DNA of 20,000 nt, from the IMG/VR virus record IMGVR_UViG_3300042568_000085; one strand, given 5' to 3'. The notes beneath the pieces are model-generated. The model was given only the letters and a program-made list of their open reading frames with translations, searched no databases and was not told the origin of the DNA. Positions within the stretch are counted from its first letter, which is position 1, and every line of letters begins with the position of its first letter. The translations under genes and the position numbers were made by a program. Positions 15,448-20,000 of the stretch are shown here, piece by piece. This stretch comes from an uncultured virus (IMG/VR IMGVR_UViG_3300042568_000085). Lineage: Duplodnaviria; Heunggongvirae; Uroviricota; Caudoviricetes.

Positions 15448-15972
15448 ATGAAACAAATTTCATCTTCTTTTGTCAAAGCGCAACAAGCCTTTGGCCCTGC
15501 AATCAAAAACGCCAAATCACATCAAAACAAATATGCCGATCTTGGCTCTTGCTTTGACGCTGTAATTGATGCGTTTCACAAAAACGACATTGCTGTTGTC
15601 CAGCAAACGCACGAATCACCTGATGGCGTGATTGTTGAGACTATTTTTCTTCATGCTTCTGGTGAACAAATGTCAGGCGGCAAACTGTTTGTACCTTTTA
15701 GCAAAAAAGACGCACAAGGCTTTGGTTCTGCGTTGACTTACGCTAGACGCTATTCCTTGATGGCATCTTGCGGTCTTGCACCTGAAGACGATGATGGAAA
15801 ACGAGCATCTGAGCCAGAAAAATCAGCTAAACCAGTTCTGTCAAACAAACGATTTGATGCTGCTGTGCAAACAATACTTGCAAAAACTTACACAGTAGAA
15901 AAATTGCGCGACACTTTTACTTTGACAGCAGAACAAGAGTCAGCACTTACTCAGGCTTTGGCAAATGCTTAA
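15448..15972 (+). CDS. erf: ERF-family single-strand annealing recombinase
   Basis: KYADL, ETIFLHASGE, DAQGFGSALTYARRYSLMA.CGLAPEDDDG. Confidence 0.9.
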   Translation: MKQISSSFVKAQQAFGPAIKNAKSHQNKYADLGSCFDAVIDAFHKNDIAVVQQTHESPDGVIVETIFLHASGEQMSGGKLFVPFSKKDAQGFGSALTYARRYSLMASCGLAPEDDDGKRASEPEKSAKPVLSNKRFDAAVQTILAKTYTVEKLRDTFTLTAEQESALTQALANA

Positions 15973-16600
15973 ATTCCGCGCATCATCCCTTGCAGAAATT
16001 ATGACTGATGGCAAAGGTTCAGTTGAAACTTTGTCTGTTGGTGCTAAGACAGCCATCATTAAACAGGCCAAAGAGTTCATCTACGGCTATGACGAAATCA
16101 TCACCTCAAAATACATGACTAAGGGTATTGAGGTTGAAGATCAATCTATTGAACTGCTTAACTCTGTGCTGTTCAAAAACTTTGTTAAGAACACTGAACG
16201 CAAAACTAATGATTGGATTACTGGTGAGTGCGACATTGTTGGCGACAACAAAATTCACGACATTAAATCATCGTGGTCGCTGTCTACTTTCCCTGTTTTG
16301 TCTTATCAAGGTGAAGATAAAACCTATGAATGGCAGGGCAGGGCATACATGATGTTGTGGGACATGGATGAATTTGAGATCGACTATTGCTTGGTGTCTA
16401 CACCAGAGCATTTGATCGGTTACGAAAATCCAGCCATTCACAATGTTGACCACATTGCACCCGAACTCAGGGTTACAAGAGTTTTTTACAAGCGTGACAA
16501 GGCGCTTGAAGACAAAATAAAAAAGAAGGTAGAGGAGGCAAACGTGTTTTATCAACAAATCATCAAGCAAATCTCGCAAGAGCATGAAGGAAATCTATGA
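15965..16600 (+). CDS. Lambda-exonuclease/YqaJ-like PD-(D/E)xK exonuclease
   Basis: FRASSL..IM, KGIEVE, ITGECDIV...IHDIKSSW, YEWQGRAYMMLW; lies between ERF and SSB. Confidence 0.8.
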   Translation: MLKFRASSLAEIMTDGKGSVETLSVGAKTAIIKQAKEFIYGYDEIITSKYMTKGIEVEDQSIELLNSVLFKNFVKNTERKTNDWITGECDIVGDNKIHDIKSSWSLSTFPVLSYQGEDKTYEWQGRAYMMLWDMDEFEIDYCLVSTPEHLIGYENPAIHNVDHIAPELRVTRVFYKRDKALEDKIKKKVEEANVFYQQIIKQISQEHEGNL

Positions 16601-17007
16601 ATAATTTGACAGTCGCTGGTCAGCTTGGTCGTGACGCTGAAGTTCGGTTTTTGCCTAATGGCGATCCTGTAGCAAACTTTTCCATTGCCGACAGTCAAGG
16701 AAAAGACAAAGACGCTATCTGGTGGAATTGCCAATTGTTTGGAAAACGTGCTGAATCATTGGCACAGTACCTTGTCAAAGGTCAAGCTGTGACCATTACA
16801 GGTAGCGTAAGCCAACGTAAATACACTGACAAAAATGGTGTTGAAAAGTTCAGCACAGACGTTCGCGTCAACGATGTTGCTTTGCAAGGTGGAAAGCGTG
16901 AAAGCGGTCATGCGCCACAGCGTCAAGAAGCACCACAGAGTCAGCAAACATCAAAGCAAAAGCCACCAAGCGGTTTTGATGACATAGATGATGACATTCC
17001 ATTTTGA
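16597..17007 (+). CDS. ssb: Single-stranded DNA-binding protein
   Basis: VAGQLGRDAEVRF.PNG.PVANFSIA, FGKRAE.LAQYL.KG, acidic tail DDIDDDIPF. Confidence 0.95.
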   Translation: MNNLTVAGQLGRDAEVRFLPNGDPVANFSIADSQGKDKDAIWWNCQLFGKRAESLAQYLVKGQAVTITGSVSQRKYTDKNGVEKFSTDVRVNDVALQGGKRESGHAPQRQEAPQSQQTSKQKPPSGFDDIDDDIPF

Positions 17008-17012
17008 TTAAC

Positions 17013-17090
17013 GGGCCTGAAAGCGAATGCTGGTTATTGGGGAAAGCTGCCTGAGACTACAGAGAGACACCAGTGCAGCGAGTAAGGCCC
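17013..17090 (+). ncRNA. Candidate structured RNA with loop-E-like motif
   Basis: GGGCCT/AGGCCC closing stem, GAA opposite AGTA, inner GCTGGT/ACCAGT stem; intergenic after ssb. Confidence 0.5.
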
Positions 17091-17101
17091 ACCTTAATTA
17101 A

Positions 17102-17138
17102 GTTAGCAATGTTATTGGCATCTAATAAGGTTGCTAAC
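17102..17138 (+). promoter_or_regulatory. Long hairpin upstream of an RBS
   Basis: GTTAGCAA/TTGCTAAC and TTATTGG/CTAATAA arms. Confidence 0.45.
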
Positions 17139-17159
17139 CTTCATAACTTAGGACAAAAC

Positions 17160-17471
17160 ATGAAATTCAAAGATTTTTTTGGCGGACATCCTTTAGACCT
17201 TTTCCCAAGGGTTCGGGCAGATGACCCAATCACATCGTTTGAGGCGGCAGATTCGGTCAAAGACATGACTGCAAAACATTGGAATGTTATTTGCGAATGC
17301 TTGAAAGAACATGGGCCACTTGGCAAGGATGGCATTGCTAGGCTAACTGGTCTTGATGGCAATCAAGTTGCTCGGCGAATGAATGAAATGAAATCTATGG
17401 GCATGGTGTTCTTAACAGGCAAGACAGTTAAATCAAACAGTAATCGTAACGAAAGAGAGTGGACAGTATGA
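17160..17471 (+). CDS. Winged helix-turn-helix protein
   Basis: SD AGGA; RADDPITSFEAA, LKEHGPLGKDGIARLTGLDGNQVARRMNEM, GKTVKSNSNRNEREW. Confidence 0.7.
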   Translation: MKFKDFFGGHPLDLFPRVRADDPITSFEAADSVKDMTAKHWNVICECLKEHGPLGKDGIARLTGLDGNQVARRMNEMKSMGMVFLTGKTVKSNSNRNEREWTV

Positions 17472-17686
17472 AAACAATTGAAGCATATCAAACAGATGAT
17501 GGTCAAATTTTTGCATCATTGACTGAGGCAAGAGTGCATGAAGAATGTGAAGAAATTATGCCCCAAATTGAAGCATTTATGAAATCAGATGCTTGCAATT
17601 ACAAAAGCAAACTACACCAAACCATTATCAAAACGTCAATACTTTCTTGGGTTTTTTGGAAAGCTGATGGAGGAATCAACCAATGA
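17468..17686 (+). CDS. Hypothetical protein, 72 aa
   Basis: MKTIEAYQTDDGQIF...EARVHE; ATGA overlaps at both ends. Confidence 0.65.
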   Translation: MKTIEAYQTDDGQIFASLTEARVHEECEEIMPQIEAFMKSDACNYKSKLHQTIIKTSILSWVFWKADGGINQ

Positions 17687-18000
17687 AAGAAACACAATCG
17701 TTTGGCATGACCGAGTTCCAAGTCATGGAGTGGGCAAAAGCTAGAGGTATTTACGAAAACGGAACAGCACTAGGCCAAGCCAGCAAGACAGTTGAAGAAG
17801 CCTGTGAACTGCTTGTTGCTATTGCCAAGGATGACAAAGCAGAGATTGCTGATGCTATCGGAGATGTCATGGTGACTTTGGTTAACGTAGGTGTGTTGTG
17901 TGACCTTGATGTTCGCCAATGTTTTTACAACGCCTTCAAAGTCATAGAGCCACGCAAAGGTTTTATGAACAAAAATGGCGTATTTGTAAAAGAGTCTTGA
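17683..18000 (+). CDS. MazG-like NTP pyrophosphohydrolase
   Basis: WAKARGI, KTVEEACEL...EIADAIGDVMVTL (EExxE...ExxD), RKG.M..NGVFVKE. Confidence 0.85.
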   Translation: MKETQSFGMTEFQVMEWAKARGIYENGTALGQASKTVEEACELLVAIAKDDKAEIADAIGDVMVTLVNVGVLCDLDVRQCFYNAFKVIEPRKGFMNKNGVFVKES

Positions 18001-18022
18001 TGTATTAGCTTAAATACAAAGA

Positions 18023-18532
18023 TTAAGCCATGTCCAAGCCAGTTTTTTGAACTTCCGCAACCCTTCGGCCCCAACCTTTGCCAAAGGTGTCCCATGTCTG
18101 CAAGTCCATTAAAAATGACAAGCGGCGTTTTGCGTAATCTTCAACTAACTGGCTTGCATCAAAAGCGTTTACAGCCGCTAATGTCTTTGGGCCTATGCCG
18201 CCATCAGGTTCAACACCTACACAGGCTTGTAGCCACTTTGCGGCCCTTCCCGGCCCACTGTTAACGGCAGCATCAAATACAACATAGTCCACACCTGATG
18301 GCAAGTCATCGCCTTTAATTTTGTCCCAATACTTGACCTTATACATTGGCCCAACAATCTCAGGCGTAAGACCACGCATTGTTTTTTCATCTACTTCATG
18401 TCCGACCCATTCTTCCCATACTTTTTTGGTCACGCCTAGATTGGTCATGCCACCGGGGTCTTTTGGATGGTTAACAAAACCACCTTCATGATGCAAGATG
18501 GCTTTCAATGCTGCTTCAAAGTTTTCTTTCAT
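18023..18532 (-). CDS. Endolysin, glycoside hydrolase family 108 with PG-binding domain
   Basis: HEGGFVNHPKDPGGMTNLGVT, VFDAAVNSGPGRAAKWLQ, DGGIGPKTL, FGKGWGRRV. Confidence 0.92.
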   Translation of the reverse strand: MKENFEAALKAILHHEGGFVNHPKDPGGMTNLGVTKKVWEEWVGHEVDEKTMRGLTPEIVGPMYKVKYWDKIKGDDLPSGVDYVVFDAAVNSGPGRAAKWLQACVGVEPDGGIGPKTLAAVNAFDASQLVEDYAKRRLSFLMDLQTWDTFGKGWGRRVAEVQKTGLDMA

Positions 18533-19026
18533 TTCACTGGTCCTGTTTTAGAAAGTAAATCAGTCTTGGCTTGTGATCCAGCAGACGATCCAAAATAGTA
18601 AGCAATGATGCCTGTCCATGCTGTACCCAAACTTCCAAGCATCATCAAAATTGCAGGGTTGTTGCTGTCTACTTGACCAACAAACATCATCACCATGATG
18701 CCAAAAAAGCCAAAGGTTACAGCGCCAGCAAGTATTGGAGGCATCAAACTACGGGTTGTGGCTTGCATTTCCCGTGCTGACTTACGATCTTCAATCTCTA
18801 GCTTTTCAAAGTTAAGGCCTAGTTCTTGCGCTTGCTTTTGCAACTCAATCTCAGCAATCTTTACTTGAGCAATCTGCTCTGCTGAAAGTTTGTTGCCAGC
18901 AATCATGTCGCTAACCTTTTCAGGGTCAACGCCAATGGCTTTTGAGATAGCTGATACAGCCATCCCTGCTAGTGGGCCACCCATTGCCGTAGCAATAGTT
19001 GGTGCGATTTGTTTAAGCCAATCCAT
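18529..19026 (-). CDS. Putative holin (3TM-type)
   Basis: IAPTIATAMGGPLAG, DRKSAREMQ, two C-terminal TMs, IIAYYFGSSAGS; upstream of the endolysin. Confidence 0.7.
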   Translation of the reverse strand: MDWLKQIAPTIATAMGGPLAGMAVSAISKAIGVDPEKVSDMIAGNKLSAEQIAQVKIAEIELQKQAQELGLNFEKLEIEDRKSAREMQATTRSLMPPILAGAVTFGFFGIMVMMFVGQVDSNNPAILMMLGSLGTAWTGIIAYYFGSSAGSQAKTDLLSKTGPVK

Positions 19027-19027
19027 A

Positions 19028-19636
19028 TCAATTACCTCTTTTAGTTAACATGGCGCTGGCGATCTCCAGCATGAATTTTACTTGTTGAAGGTCTTGAGGC
19101 TGCTCTGCCCATCCTACCGTAATCTGTCCGACAAAACGATGTGAGTCAGGTGGTACGCTTACACGACAGGTAAAGCCAACACCCTTTTCCAAATACCAAA
19201 GCCCAACCTCAGACTGAGCAAAACGGTATTCCCCGCAAGGAATTTCATTGGTCATTAGTTTGACCACATCAGCGTTGTTTGATGAGTTCTGGCTAAACAA
19301 CCCAACATCAATATCTTCAATGGTTTTGTCTCTACCGTCTTTAGTGTAAGCACGGTACAGCACCCTGCTGTTAAACAAAGGGTTGACCTTGAACACTGCA
19401 ACGACCGAAGCGCCTGTTTTCTTAAGCAGCATTGAACTTGCATCATCAGCCCTTGATGTATTTATCTCGGGTAGCTTCTTAGATTCCTTGTACGCATCAA
19501 ACATGAACTCTTGGTTTTGCCACAGGAAGTACCCGGCAAAAGCTACCACGCCCATAATAAGAATGGCAAACAGCTTGAATGGTGAGTCCACATAGGTCAG
19601 CACCTTATCAATTATGGTTTCTGGTTTGTCACTCAT
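19028..19636 (-). CDS. Single-TM protein with periplasmic GAF-like domain; putative T4 T-like holin (copy B)
   Basis: Start MSDKPET at 19636 in an ATGA overlap; gapless alignment to 8083-8700. Confidence 0.6.
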   Translation of the reverse strand: MSDKPETIIDKVLTYVDSPFKLFAILIMGVVAFAGYFLWQNQEFMFDAYKESKKLPEINTSRADDASSMLLKKTGASVVAVFKVNPLFNSRVLYRAYTKDGRDKTIEDIDVGLFSQNSSNNADVVKLMTNEIPCGEYRFAQSEVGLWYLEKGVGFTCRVSVPPDSHRFVGQITVGWAEQPQDLQQVKFMLEIASAMLTKRGN

Positions 19637-20000
19637 CTTAGGTGCTTCATGTAAATGATAAGGCCACCTATCATTAGCGCAGCCAAAACCAAGGATGCCA
19701 TACAAATAGCAATGTACTCAGCAATTTGCTCAAGCCTTTCCGTACGCCTAATGGCCTCGCGTTTAGCGGCATCTTTGGCCTCCCTTCGCCTTCTGGCGGC
19801 GGCGGCTTGGAACTTGAGCCAATCCCCCCACATACCCGGTCTGCCAGCGTAAACCATACGCTCACGAAGTTCTTCTTCTTGCTGCCGAAGTTGCTCCAGC
19901 GCCATGAATTCTTCAAGGTCAGAGCCTCCACCTTTTTTGGTAGCGTTTTCTTGAATCTTGGCTTTATTGTCAAAATAGTCAAACACCCGAGAGCCAAGCG
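19633..20000 (-). CDS. Coiled-coil protein with C-terminal TM, 5'-truncated by the window (lysis cassette B)
   Basis: Frame open to the window edge (..LGSRVFDYFD..); charged helix followed by IAICMASLVLAALMIGGLIIY. Confidence 0.7.
   Translation of the reverse strand, partial: LGSRVFDYFDNKAKIQENATKKGGGSDLEEFMALEQLRQQEEELRERMVYAGRPGMWGDWLKFQAAAARRRREAKDAAKREAIRRTERLEQIAEYIAICMASLVLAALMIGGLIIYMKHLR

Noticed and set aside
18001..18022. TGTATT/AATACA hairpin between convergent operons as a terminator
   Set aside because: Short AT-rich stem with a weak U-tract; cannot be supported
1..20000. CRISPR array, tRNA, integrase, transposase, reverse transcriptase/DGR, stop-codon recoding
   Set aside because: No repeat-spacer periodicity, cloverleaf or relevant protein motifs seen; genes tile densely under the standard code

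Overview
This window is tailed-phage DNA with a P22-like podovirus virion module; the gene style suggests a betaproteobacterial host (inference). Bases 1-9724 (+) carry the end of a late operon: a gp10-like DNA stabilization protein, a tail needle/fibre-like protein, a cupin, three DNA-ejection proteins and lysis cassette A (two small membrane peptides, a ~205-aa single-TM protein, a 3TM-type holin and a GH24 lysozyme). Bases 9651-15342 (-) carry small early genes, a nin-like block (DUF1364-like nuclease, NinB, VRR-NUC) and a DUF1376 replication initiator plus a P-like loader. Divergent promoters lie at about 15340-15450. Bases 15448-18000 (+) encode ERF, an exonuclease, SSB, an HTH protein and MazG. 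Bases 18023-20000 (-) carry a second lysis cassette B (the same single-TM protein family at about 63% identity, a 3TM-type holin and a GH108 endolysin). Main points of interest: (1) the duplicated single-TM protein resembles the T4 holin T with its periplasmic GAF-like domain, hinting at a lysis-inhibition-type sensor in a non-T4 phage; (2) two lysis cassettes plus a GC drop suggest a natural or assembly chimera of two phages; (3) a dyad AGGG-N4-CCCT site starts exactly 36 nt upstream of three -10 boxes; (4) two candidate structured RNAs. All family calls come from motif recognition by eye; no database search was run.
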